57,938 nt of DNA from an uncultured Bacilli bacterium (GTDB lineage Bacteria; Bacillota_I; Bacilli_A; RF39; UBA660). The notes beneath the pieces are model-generated. The model was not told where the DNA came from. It made no database searches and worked only from the letters and a program-made list of their open reading frames with translations. A program made the translations under genes and the position numbers. The stretch lies in the NCBI GenBank assembly GCA_934085875.1, contig CAKOHQ010000002.1, forward strand, positions 1-57,938. Direction: 5' to 3'. Position 1 is the stretch's first letter; every line of letters begins with the position of its first letter. This document shows, in pieces, positions 10,244 through 19,205 of this stretch.

Positions 10244-11110
10244 TTTTATTTGATTCATAACTTCTTCAGCAAAGTTTTCTTCACGTTTTTGCATTCCTTC
10301 ACCAACTTCAAAACGTATCATAGATTTTACAACTCCACCATTGTTTTTAACATAAGTTTCTACATCAACGTCTCCATCTTTAATGAATGCTTGATTTAAT
10401 AAACATACTTCTTTATAGAATTTTTTAATTCTACCAGTTACCATTTTTTCTGCTATATCAGCTGGTTTTCCTTCTTCCATAGCTTGTGTTTTAAATACTT
10501 CTTTTTCTCTTTCTAAAACATCACTAGGAATTTCATCGCTATTTAAATATTGTGGTTTCATTGCAGCAGCTTGCATAGCAACATCTCTTGCAACTTCTTC
10601 ATTTGCTCCATCAACAATAGTTAATACAGCAATTTTACCACCCATATGTAAATAACTACCAAATGCTTCATTATCAGTTTTTTCTACTAATTCAAATCTT
10701 CTTAATGATAATTTTTCACCAATTTTAGCAGTTTTTGCAATAATTAAATCATTTATTGTTCCTTCACCAGTAGATAATTCTAATGCTTCTTCTAAAGTTT
10801 TTGCATTACTGTTTAGAATGGTTTTACCAATAGTGTCGATCATACCTGTAAATTCTTCATTTTTACTAACAAAATCTGTTTCACTATTTACTTCTAATAT
10901 AACCGCTTTATTTCCTTCAACATATATATTAGCTAAACCTTCAGCAGCAATACGACTTGCTTTTTTAGCACTTTTTGCAATACCTTTTTCTCTTAACCAA
11001 TCAACTGCAGCATTAATATCTCCATTGCATTCAGATAATGCTTTTTTGCAATCCATCATACCTGCACCAGTTAAATTTCTTAATTCACTAACTTGTTTTG
11101 CACTTATCAT
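10241..11110 (-). CDS. tsf: translation elongation factor Ts
   Basis: 289 aa. The N-terminal UBA-like sequence VSELRNLTGAGMMDCKKAL is canonical for EF-Ts, and the gene lies downstream of rpsB. Confidence 0.97.
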   Translation of the reverse strand: MISAKQVSELRNLTGAGMMDCKKALSECNGDINAAVDWLREKGIAKSAKKASRIAAEGLANIYVEGNKAVILEVNSETDFVSKNEEFTGMIDTIGKTILNSNAKTLEEALELSTGEGTINDLIIAKTAKIGEKLSLRRFELVEKTDNEAFGSYLHMGGKIAVLTIVDGANEEVARDVAMQAAAMKPQYLNSDEIPSDVLEREKEVFKTQAMEEGKPADIAEKMVTGRIKKFYKEVCLLNQAFIKDGDVDVETYVKNNGGVVKSMIRFEVGEGMQKREENFAEEVMNQIK

Positions 11111-11129
11111 AATATTCTCCTCTTATAAA

Positions 11130-12080
11130 CTATTTTTTTAATATATTTAAAAGTTCATCTTTTTTCATAGAAGTATATCCACTTATACCTTTTTCTTTTG
11201 CAATTTTTTTAAGTTCTGCAACAGTCTTTGTAGATAAATCTTCCTTAACTTCTTCAATTTTATCTTTTATTTCTTCTTTTTTTTCTTCTATTTTTTTAGC
11301 AACTTTTTTTACTTCATTCTTTATATTTTCTTTAATTTCTTCTTTTTTAACTGTTTTCTTTGCAGGTTCTATATCAGTTATATAATCTACAATTTCTAAT
11401 CCTTTTGCTTCACAAATAGCATTAGTTAATGCCCCTAATATAACTTTAACACTTCTAACTGCATCATCATTTCCTGGTATAACATAATCAACATCATCTG
11501 GATCACAGTTAGTATCAACTATACCAATTACAGGTATATTTAATTTTCTTGCTTCTCTTATTGCATTAATTTCTTTTTTAGGATCAACAATAATTAAAGC
11601 ATTTGGAAGTCTATCCATATTACGTATACCACATAATACTTTATTTAACTTATCATATTCCTTCTTTAATCCAATAACTTCTTTTTTTGGAAGTAATTCA
11701 AATGATCCATCAGTTTCCATATTTTCTATTTCTTCCAAACGTTTAACACGTCTTCTAATAGTACGGAAATTAGTTAATGTTCCACCTAACCATCTTTCTG
11801 TTACATAAAAACTTTCACTACGTGTAGCTTCATCAACACATACTTCACTAGCTTGTTTTTTTGTACCAACAAATAAGAATTTTCCTCCATTTTCTGCAAT
11901 TTTCTTAATCACTTCGTATGCTTTTTCCATACATTCAACAGTTTTTTCAAGATTAATTATATAAATATCATCTCTTGAAGTAAAGATGTATTCCGCCATT
12001 TTTGGATTCCATCTTTTAGTTTGATGTCCAAATTGAACACCTGCTTCTAATAAATTATTCATAGAAACAATTTCAGCCAT
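11130..12080 (-). CDS. rpsB: 30S ribosomal protein S2 with a roughly 85-aa K/E-rich C-terminal extension ending in a Rho-N/SAP-like motif
   Basis: [19 protein letters not shown] ... core, then a tail ending in [32 protein letters not shown]. Confidence 0.95.
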   Translation of the reverse strand: MAEIVSMNNLLEAGVQFGHQTKRWNPKMAEYIFTSRDDIYIINLEKTVECMEKAYEVIKKIAENGGKFLFVGTKKQASEVCVDEATRSESFYVTERWLGGTLTNFRTIRRRVKRLEEIENMETDGSFELLPKKEVIGLKKEYDKLNKVLCGIRNMDRLPNALIIVDPKKEINAIREARKLNIPVIGIVDTNCDPDDVDYVIPGNDDAVRSVKVILGALTNAICEAKGLEIVDYITDIEPAKKTVKKEEIKENIKNEVKKVAKKIEEKKEEIKDKIEEVKEDLSTKTVAELKKIAKEKGISGYTSMKKDELLNILKK

Positions 12081-12200
12081 TTTTTCTCATTCCTTTCGTT
12101 ATTCTTCCATTTATCTCTTCTTGCTTCACCAACAATAGCCACTAGGATTAGCAATCAATAAATGTGTATATTTGGTTTCAAAAACCATATGTATTTTATC

Positions 12201-12245
12201 AAAAAAAATAAGAAATATCAAGAGAATTCTCACTATTTCTTATTA
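12201..12245 (-). terminator. rho-independent terminator
   Basis: 11-bp stem AATAAGAAATA/TATTTCTTATT overlapping the stop of ORF 12233..12586, followed by a T8 run on the minus strand. Confidence 0.6.
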
Positions 12246-12586
12246 GAATTATATTTTCTTCTACCAAATTTTATACAATTATTAAATTCATCTATTTCTT
12301 TTACGTCTATTATTATCTCACTATTATATTTTTTTGTTACCAAATTAATAATATCATTAATAACTATACTACCATTTTTCTTATTTGCTAACATACATTC
12401 AGTATCAACAATATTTTCTTCTCCATCAAATATATTCAATTTTAATACATAATGATTATCTTTCTTTAAATAATCTACTAACATATTATATACATTTTTA
12501 GTCTCTATAAAAGAATTTAAAAACAATATATTATCAAGAAAATTAATAGATGTAATAAATTTATTATCTAACACTAAGTTATTCAT
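12233..12586 (-). CDS. hypothetical protein
   Basis: 117-aa ORF, co-oriented with its neighbours and followed by a terminator. No recognisable motif. Confidence 0.4.
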   Translation of the reverse strand: MNNLVLDNKFITSINFLDNILFLNSFIETKNVYNMLVDYLKKDNHYVLKLNIFDGEENIVDTECMLANKKNGSIVINDIINLVTKKYNSEIIIDVKEIDEFNNCIKFGRRKYNSNKK

Positions 12587-12641
12587 ATAATCACTTCCTA
12601 GTTGAATATTATATATGAATAATCACTAAAACACAATATTT

Positions 12642-13574
12642 TTATAATTTTAATTTCTTTTCTTCTTTATTATCTAATATTTCTTCACATAATCTTTTAT
12701 CTTTTTTATCACATAACTTAAATTTTAAATATATGTTATTAGCTAATAAAATATCATATATATCATCATCACTATTATATGTAAATATTCCATTATCACT
12801 ATATTGTTTCAAATATAATAATAACATTTTATTAATTATATCTTTATTTTTTATAGATATTTTAAATTTTATTATTTCATCAACATTATAAAAACCTCTA
12901 TTTATTTTCAAATTATAACTATAACAATTCTTTTTATAATCAAAATAATTTGTTATTTCAAATATAAAAGGTTTTATATTTATATAGTTTTCGATATTAT
13001 TATATTCTGTTAACTGATTAAGCATTTCAAAGTAAGTATCTAATATTTTCTTTGCTTTCTCTATTTGTATAATATCTTTATCCTTTTCTTTTTCATCAAT
13101 ACTCACTTTTATATAATTTGAATTTAATCTATTGCTAACTATAATTGCTCTTTTTATATCATCTTCATTTTTTAATTTGAAATCAAGTTTTGTATTACCT
13201 TTTAAATGTAATGATAACAAATTATATGTATCATTATAATCTTTTGTTAAACAAGTATAATTTAATAATTTGTTACTATTTATACTTTTTATTAAAACAT
13301 CAAATATTTCTAAAGAACTATTTTCTGAAACAAATCTCATTTTAAATATTTCTTTCGGTTTATTAATTCCTCTTTTAATTGTTATTAAGTATAAACATTT
13401 GTCTTTGTCTTTCGCTAATTTTTTATCGATAATAATATTGAAATTTTTTTGATTATTATATCCTTCAATAGAGTTATATTCTGATAAATTTTTAATTAAA
13501 ATAGATAATAATTCTAATTTTTGATAATTTTTTTGGTCTTGAATGCTTTCCATTTTTTTATCTTCCCCTTTCAA
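12642..13574 (-). CDS. hypothetical protein built from two internally duplicated domains
   Basis: Both halves share LSEYNSIEGY/LTEYNNIENY, ITIKRG/LKINRG, FKMRF/FKISI and LDFKLKNEDD/LKFKLCDKKD. Confidence 0.45.
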   Translation of the reverse strand: MKGEDKKMESIQDQKNYQKLELLSILIKNLSEYNSIEGYNNQKNFNIIIDKKLAKDKDKCLYLITIKRGINKPKEIFKMRFVSENSSLEIFDVLIKSINSNKLLNYTCLTKDYNDTYNLLSLHLKGNTKLDFKLKNEDDIKRAIIVSNRLNSNYIKVSIDEKEKDKDIIQIEKAKKILDTYFEMLNQLTEYNNIENYINIKPFIFEITNYFDYKKNCYSYNLKINRGFYNVDEIIKFKISIKNKDIINKMLLLYLKQYSDNGIFTYNSDDDIYDILLANNIYLKFKLCDKKDKRLCEEILDNKEEKKLKL

Positions 13575-13654
13575 ATGGAATTATATACTACTACTAATGT
13601 TATATTTTGTCAAATTTTGTGATTATTAATATTTTTTTTAATATAATTTACTAG

Positions 13655-13991
13655 GTGATTTGTTTGATATTAAATTTAATTAGTATGTTTAAGTATATGT
13701 ATTTCTTCACTGGTTCATACTCTATTAACGTTTTTCCAGAACCTTTAAGTAAAGAAGAAGAAAGTATTTGTTTATATAATGCAAAGATGGGAGATAAATC
13801 TGCACGTTCTAAATTAATTGAACATAATTTAAGGTTAGTAGCACATATTGTAAAAAAATATGATGTTAAAGAAAAAGATGTAGACGATTTAATTAGTATT
13901 GGAACTATTGGTTTAATAAAAGGTATAGATAGTTTTAAAAATGAAAAAAACATAAAACTAACTACATATTGTGCTAAATGTATACAAAATG
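13655..13991 (+). CDS. sigK: sigK 5' segment (pro-sigma-K N-terminal part, spoIVCB-like), interrupted by the intervening element
   Basis: FPEPLSKEEE...LIEHNLRLVAHIVKKY...DLISIGTIGLIKGIDSF...KLTTYCAKCIQN is colinear with B. subtilis SigK regions 1.2-2.4 as I recall them. Homology stops after CIQN at 13990. The likely start is GTG 13655 or TTG 13664, after an AGGTGA RBS. Confidence 0.9.
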
Positions 13992-14004
13992 GAATTGTCA
14001 CATC

Positions 14005-14823
14005 ATGGAATACGATAATGTTATAAATAGTCTTTTAAAATCAAAAAAAGAATACTATTCATTAGAGGCAAATATAAAAGAAAATTCTATTGATAATATA
14101 AAACCATTAGATATAAATTGTTCTTTAGGAGATCAAATTAAATATTATCGAGAAATAAAAAACATTAAACAAAAAGATTTAGCAAAAGAATTAAATATAG
14201 ATAGATATACTCTTCACTGCATTGAAAATAAAAAAAGCAAAATTATTTTTTATCCAGAAACTATTAATAAAGTAATAGATAAACTAGAAATAAAAGATAA
14301 ATTAATTTGGAATGATTCTTATGAAGAATATATTATCAAAAACAACCGAAACATTTTTAAAGAATTTAGAACAAAATATAATTTAACTATTAAACAATTA
14401 AGTAAACTTTTAAATGAGCATATTTCAGCAATTGGTACATGGGAAAGAAAAAATACAATAATATCTAGAAAAAAATATTATGAAATATTAAATAAACTTA
14501 ATACTATTACAAAAGAATATATAGATAATTATTTTGAAACAGACTATACATTATTTATAAAAAATAATCCACATAAACAAATAGTAGATTATATTAATAA
14601 AGAAAATATAAGTTTAAAAGAATTTTCTAAAAGAATAAATAGACATGAATATACAATAAAAAGACTATTAAAGGAAAAAACCTTGGTATCAGAAGATATA
14701 TATAATCAATTTATAAAATTAAAAGAAAGACAAGACAATAATGAAATTCATAGTGATGAATACATAAAATTTATAAAAAGTGGTTATCCTACTATCATAA
14801 AAGAAATGCTTAAAAAAAAATAA
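14005..14823 (+). CDS. multi-HTH XRE-family protein (three helix-turn-helix repeats, with a fourth out of frame downstream)
   Basis: Repeats QKDLAKELNIDRYTLHCIENKKS, IKQLSKLLNEHISAIGTWERKNT and LKEFSKRINRHEYTIKRLLKEK. The open frame extends up to 13978 across the left junction. Confidence 0.6.
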   Translation: MEYDNVINSLLKSKKEYYSLEANIKENSIDNIKPLDINCSLGDQIKYYREIKNIKQKDLAKELNIDRYTLHCIENKKSKIIFYPETINKVIDKLEIKDKLIWNDSYEEYIIKNNRNIFKEFRTKYNLTIKQLSKLLNEHISAIGTWERKNTIISRKKYYEILNKLNTITKEYIDNYFETDYTLFIKNNPHKQIVDYINKENISLKEFSKRINRHEYTIKRLLKEKTLVSEDIYNQFIKLKERQDNNEIHSDEYIKFIKSGYPTIIKEMLKKK

Positions 14824-14965
14824 TTTATCGGCATCTAAATTCACGAAAAATAATAATATTCATAATGATACTATAAGAAAGTGGATATATGGTATTGCAA
14901 TTCCCAAAAAAGGAAGTTATGAGAAAATTAAAAAATATCTATAATTTATTTCAAATAAAAAAGTT

Positions 14966-14986
14966 GCACTAGTCAAAAACTAGTGC
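14966..14986. terminator. bidirectional hairpin terminator between convergent genes
   Basis: GCACTAGT-caaaa-ACTAGTGC, with T-rich tracts on both strands. Confidence 0.55.
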
Positions 14987-14987
14987 G

Positions 14988-15197
14988 CTATTCTTTTTTA
15001 CTTTTTTTTGAATAATATAAATCATGCCTTTCCTTGGCAATCTCAACCATTTTTTTATATAATCTATTTTTAGAATCTACATCAACATCCATTTTATCAA
15101 TCGCTGAAGATAATATCATAGCTCTGCATTTAGCACAATCAGATATTAATTCTTTTATTTCTTCAGGATCTGTTGGATAATTAACTATTACTTCCAT
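14988..15197 (-). CDS. hypothetical small protein (element cargo)
   Basis: 69-aa ORF downstream of the T4CP remnant, followed by a terminator. Confidence 0.35.
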   Translation of the reverse strand: MEVIVNYPTDPEEIKELISDCAKCRAMILSSAIDKMDVDVDSKNRLYKKMVEIAKERHDLYYSKKSKKE

Positions 15198-15228
15198 ATA
15201 TTCCCCCTTTGCTTAATTTATATTTTTT

Positions 15229-15573
15229 TTAAGAATTTTTATGTATTTCAATAATCGTTGTATTATTTACTACATCTATTTTAATGATAATTGAATTATT
15301 CGCTAAAAATTTAATTCTATCTCTATCATCTCCACCAATTATAAAATCTTCTATAACTATTTTACAAAATACAGAATAATTACATGATAGATAAGATATT
15401 TCATAAGTTTGATTAATTAGAATATCTTTTATATTTTCTACTATTTCTTTATAACTTTCTTTCATACCATCTATAAAAAAATTAAATTCTTCTTTATTTT
15501 CTATCTCATCTACTTTTTTTGCTTGATTTAAATCTTCAACTGTATAATACGTATTTGATAAATCTTTTAACAT
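15229..15573 (-). CDS. hypothetical protein (element cargo)
   Basis: 114-aa ORF, co-oriented with its neighbours. Confidence 0.35.
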   Translation of the reverse strand: MLKDLSNTYYTVEDLNQAKKVDEIENKEEFNFFIDGMKESYKEIVENIKDILINQTYEISYLSCNYSVFCKIVIEDFIIGGDDRDRIKFLANNSIIIKIDVVNNTTIIEIHKNS

Positions 15574-15610
15574 TTGTGGAGTTCTAGTTATTTCACCAGA
15601 TCTATAACAA

Positions 15611-16483
15611 CTAAATTTTTTTATATACTACAGTATCTCTAAATATAGGATATCCTATAATAGGAAATATTATAGTTTTATAATGTAATTGTTTAACTTC
15701 TTCTGGTGTTAATAAATCTCTACCAATTAATGAATATGTTCTATTACCATCATACGTTACTTTTCCGACAGATTGACTGACCGAATTTGATTCGATTGTT
15801 TTTTTACCTAGTCTTTTACTTATAGCTTCCGCTGTTTCTTGTGTATTAGTTTTTAAATAAACAAGACCACAGTTATCTAAAATAATCTGAGCTACATCTT
15901 TACCATATACATTATCTAATTGAGAAAATGATTGTATAAAAAATTGAAATCTCATACCTCTAGATCTTGCTACTGATACTATTGATTCTATACTTGGTTC
16001 TTTTAATGGTGGACAATTTGCAAATTCATCTAATAACCAATCAATTTGAATTGGAAGTTTTTTATCTTTATTACTATTCGCCAATTTAACTAATTCTCTA
16101 TATAAAAGACCAATAATTATTGTTATAAGTTTATAATATGTTTTATCTTCATCTGGAACTATGATATAAAATGCAGTAATTTCTTTTCCTAAAATATCAA
16201 ATTCAAAATCACTAGTAGAAGTAATATTAGCAACATTAACATCATCAAATAACGACATTTTTTCTGATAGTGTCGATACAATAGATTTATAAGTATTTTC
16301 AGCAGAAACATATATAGATGCTAAACTATCTTTACTTTTTGTTCCATATGGTTTTTTATCTATATATTCTTTTAATTCTTCAAAATTTTCTTCATTCATA
16401 GATGAATTTTGAAACTTTTTAATACTTGTTAATGTTATTTGACTTTCATCTATTTTACCTTCTTTATACTCTTCTAAAACCAA
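15611..16483 (-). pseudogene. C-terminal fragment of a VirD4/TraG-type type IV coupling protein (conjugative-element remnant)
   Basis: Walker B region and beyond (IQIDWLLDEFANCPPL ... ARSRGMRFQFFIQSFSQL). The N-terminal TM and Walker A half is absent, and the reading frame runs into an oppositely oriented XRE gene. Confidence 0.7.
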
Positions 16484-16695
16484 TTATTTTAGAATATAAA
16501 CAATATATTGAAAATTTAAAAAAATTTAGAGAAGAAAAAAATTTAAAACAAAAAAATTTATTTATTTTATTAAACATAGCATCATCTTCATATTCTGTAT
16601 ACGAAACTAGCAAAGTTCTAATTCCTACAATATTTTTATATAAAATAGCAAAAACCTATAATTACTCAATCGATAAATTATTAGGAAAAAAATAA
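16426..16695 (+). CDS. XRE-family HTH protein (start uncertain, possibly 5'-truncated)
   Basis: IENLKKFREEKNLKQKNLFILLNIASSSYSVYETSK...SIDKLLGKK. There is no good ATG near the expected start, and the upstream part of the ORF is antisense to the T4CP fragment. Confidence 0.45.
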   Translation: MLMLFDFHLFYLLYTLLKPIILEYKQYIENLKKFREEKNLKQKNLFILLNIASSSYSVYETSKVLIPTIFLYKIAKTYNYSIDKLLGKK

Positions 16696-16785
16696 AAAAA
16701 CATAATTTTTAGTAATTTATGTTTTTGTTTTTTATATAATGCTTGATTTTCTTATTTAGTTTTGATATATTAATATTGTTGTTAA

Positions 16786-16862
<77 letters not shown>

Positions 16863-16893
16863 TTAAATAAACAAAAAAATATAATTTAAACTG

Positions 16894-18255
16894 TTATATT
16901 TTTTTTAATACTTTTATTTCATCTTTTACAAGATTTTCTAAAGTTATAGATTCGTCTATTTTTAATTGTACAGATAAAGTTTTTAAGATATTTACAAAAT
17001 CTTTTCTATCAATACTTATTTTTTCATTAGTTTTAGTATTTTCAATTTCAAAATATTTGTCATCTACTTTATGTCCTAATATCAATAAATATGGAGTTCC
17101 CATATAATGAGCATCTTTTATTTTAGCACCTAAACTTAAATCATTTCTATCATCATATAATAAAAATACTCCATTTTTAATTAATTCATTATATAAATTA
17201 TCAGCTAAATCAATACTATCTTTATTATCATTAGTTATCATATGTAAATGATATGGTGCTAAATTTAAAGGTAATGAGTATCCTATTACATTTTGATTTT
17301 TATCATAAATTGCATTTTTTTCGTATACATATGCTAAGACTCTACTAACACCAATTCCATAACATCCCATTTCATAAGGTATTTGTTTTCCACTTTCAGA
17401 AATATAACATGCCCCCATAGATTCAGAATATTTAGTCCCTAATTGAAAGATATGCCCTAATTCTAGTGTTCTTTTCTTTTCTAGTTGCTCTATACCATCA
17501 ATATTATATATTTCTTTTAAATACTCCATAGCATTTGATAATTCTAATAATTCACTATTAATTGCTTGTCCAGATTCATTATTATATAATACAGTATCTT
17601 CTCCTAAATCTGAAATTACCATAAATTCTTCAGATTTTTTACCACCTATACTGCCACTATCAGCTCCAACTGGAAAAACATCCATACCTAATCTATTAAA
17701 AATATTAAAATATGCTTGTTTCATTTCAGCATAAGTTTTATCCAAATCATCTGAATCGACATTAAAACTATATGCATCCATCATTTCAAATGATTTTCCT
17801 CTTAATAAAAATCCTCTTGCTCTTAATTCATTTCTGAATTTTTCACCTATTTGAAAATATGTAACTGGTAATGATTTATATGATTGAAGTCTATTTTTAG
17901 CAAATTCAACAATTGCTTCTTCAGCAGTTGGTGCCAAACAATAATTTCCTTTAGATGTTATAGTTCTAAACATCACATCATCTGATACATATTTATCTAA
18001 TCTTCCAGATGCTTCCCAAATTGATTCAGGTTGTAGCACAGGTAATGACACTTCAACACATCCAGCTTTAGTTAATTCTTCAGAAATAATTCTTTTAATA
18101 TTATTTTTTAATAAAAATGGTATATTATCATAAGCGTAAATACCACTAGAATATTGTGTTAATTGTCCAGTTTTAGATAATATATCTTGAACTGGAAATT
18201 GCGCATCAATATTTAAAACTTTATTTCTTGCTATTCCCATTTTTGATAATTTCAT
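16894..18255 (-). CDS. proS: proline--tRNA ligase, bacterial-type but lacking the INS editing domain
   Basis: Motif 2 FRNELRARGFLLRGKSFEMMDAYSF, motif 3 GCYGIGVSRVL, and a C-terminal anticodon-binding domain. About 453 aa from MKLSKMG; the ORF track start is 18279. Confidence 0.85.
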   Translation of the reverse strand: MKLSKMGIARNKVLNIDAQFPVQDILSKTGQLTQYSSGIYAYDNIPFLLKNNIKRIISEELTKAGCVEVSLPVLQPESIWEASGRLDKYVSDDVMFRTITSKGNYCLAPTAEEAIVEFAKNRLQSYKSLPVTYFQIGEKFRNELRARGFLLRGKSFEMMDAYSFNVDSDDLDKTYAEMKQAYFNIFNRLGMDVFPVGADSGSIGGKKSEEFMVISDLGEDTVLYNNESGQAINSELLELSNAMEYLKEIYNIDGIEQLEKKRTLELGHIFQLGTKYSESMGACYISESGKQIPYEMGCYGIGVSRVLAYVYEKNAIYDKNQNVIGYSLPLNLAPYHLHMITNDNKDSIDLADNLYNELIKNGVFLLYDDRNDLSLGAKIKDAHYMGTPYLLILGHKVDDKYFEIENTKTNEKISIDRKDFVNILKTLSVQLKIDESITLENLVKDEIKVLKKI

Positions 18256-18314
18256 AAATTCATCTCCCTCATAAATCATATTATAGCATAATAATTAAAT
18301 TGTTGCTATTCCTT

Positions 18315-19196
18315 TCAAACATTAATATCAAATTCTTCTTTCAATATAGCTTTTATAATTTTGGTTCTTTCTTCTAATAAATCTTCTTTATAAAATTTAT
18401 TATTAAATCTTGTTGGATCATATTGTTCTATATGAACAAATCCAAAATCCCGATAACATAAATCCATACTAGCAAAACTAGGATTTTGTTCTAATCCATA
18501 TGATAACATTTTAGCATCTGAATTATCAACTAAATATCTAAAAAAAGAACCAATATCAAAAAAGCAATTCTTATGTTCTCCTTTAATTAAATCAAAATTA
18601 GGTTGTTTTTTAATCCAATTTATGTATTTATTATCCTCATTTAAATCAAACCAATAATGCCCCACAAATAATGGATAATCTAAATTTTTATTACTAATAT
18701 AATCTTTATAAATATTGTTATTTACACAAAACAACCATGTACATATCCTAGGTGCTATTAACATACATTTTTCTTCATTTATATGATATGTACTTTTATA
18801 TTCTAATAAATCTGTTTTCCAAGAAACTAACATATTATCTGTATTTTTTAAATCAGATAACATTTTTTCAAGAACATTTTCTTTATATAAAAATATGTCA
18901 GCATGCATTATAAAAAAATAATCATAATTTTTATTACTTATCCAATCTATAAGGCATTGTTTATATAAACCACCTCTATTGTTTTTATAATACTTTATTC
19001 TTATTTCATTATTTATTTCTAGTATATTTTTAATAGAAAAATTTTGTTCTATTTCATCATTTGTATAATCTACTAATAAAAATAAATCAAATTTAAAACT
19101 TACATACTTTTTTAATGATGCTAGACATAAAATTAAACTATCTATTTTATTACTAGCTCTAAATGGAATTCCAATCGCTACTTTCTCTTGATTCAT
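18315..19196 (-). CDS. GT-A-fold glycosyltransferase-like protein (tentative)
   Basis: VAIGIPFRASNKIDSLILCLASL...FDLFLLVDYTND and FFIMHADIF resemble the GT2 N-terminal Rossmann fold and DxD-like region. Confidence 0.35.
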   Translation of the reverse strand: MNQEKVAIGIPFRASNKIDSLILCLASLKKYVSFKFDLFLLVDYTNDEIEQNFSIKNILEINNEIRIKYYKNNRGGLYKQCLIDWISNKNYDYFFIMHADIFLYKENVLEKMLSDLKNTDNMLVSWKTDLLEYKSTYHINEEKCMLIAPRICTWLFCVNNNIYKDYISNKNLDYPLFVGHYWFDLNEDNKYINWIKKQPNFDLIKGEHKNCFFDIGSFFRYLVDNSDAKMLSYGLEQNPSFASMDLCYRDFGFVHIEQYDPTRFNNKFYKEDLLEERTKIIKAILKEEFDINV

Positions 19197-19205
19197 AATA
19201 CCACC

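Noticed and set aside
10818-11141. Plus-strand ORFs antisense to tsf, rpsB and neighbours (10818..11141, 12162..12452, 13270..13452, 1274..1456)
   Set aside because: They lie entirely within, and antisense to, well-supported genes. Their translations are Leu/Phe/Ile/Ser-rich low-complexity sequence, typical of antisense frames in AT-rich DNA.
13651-14001. 116-aa minus-strand ORF overlapping the sigK 5' segment
   Set aside because: It is an antisense shadow of a strongly conserved sigma-factor coding sequence. It has a hydrophobic low-complexity translation and no RBS.
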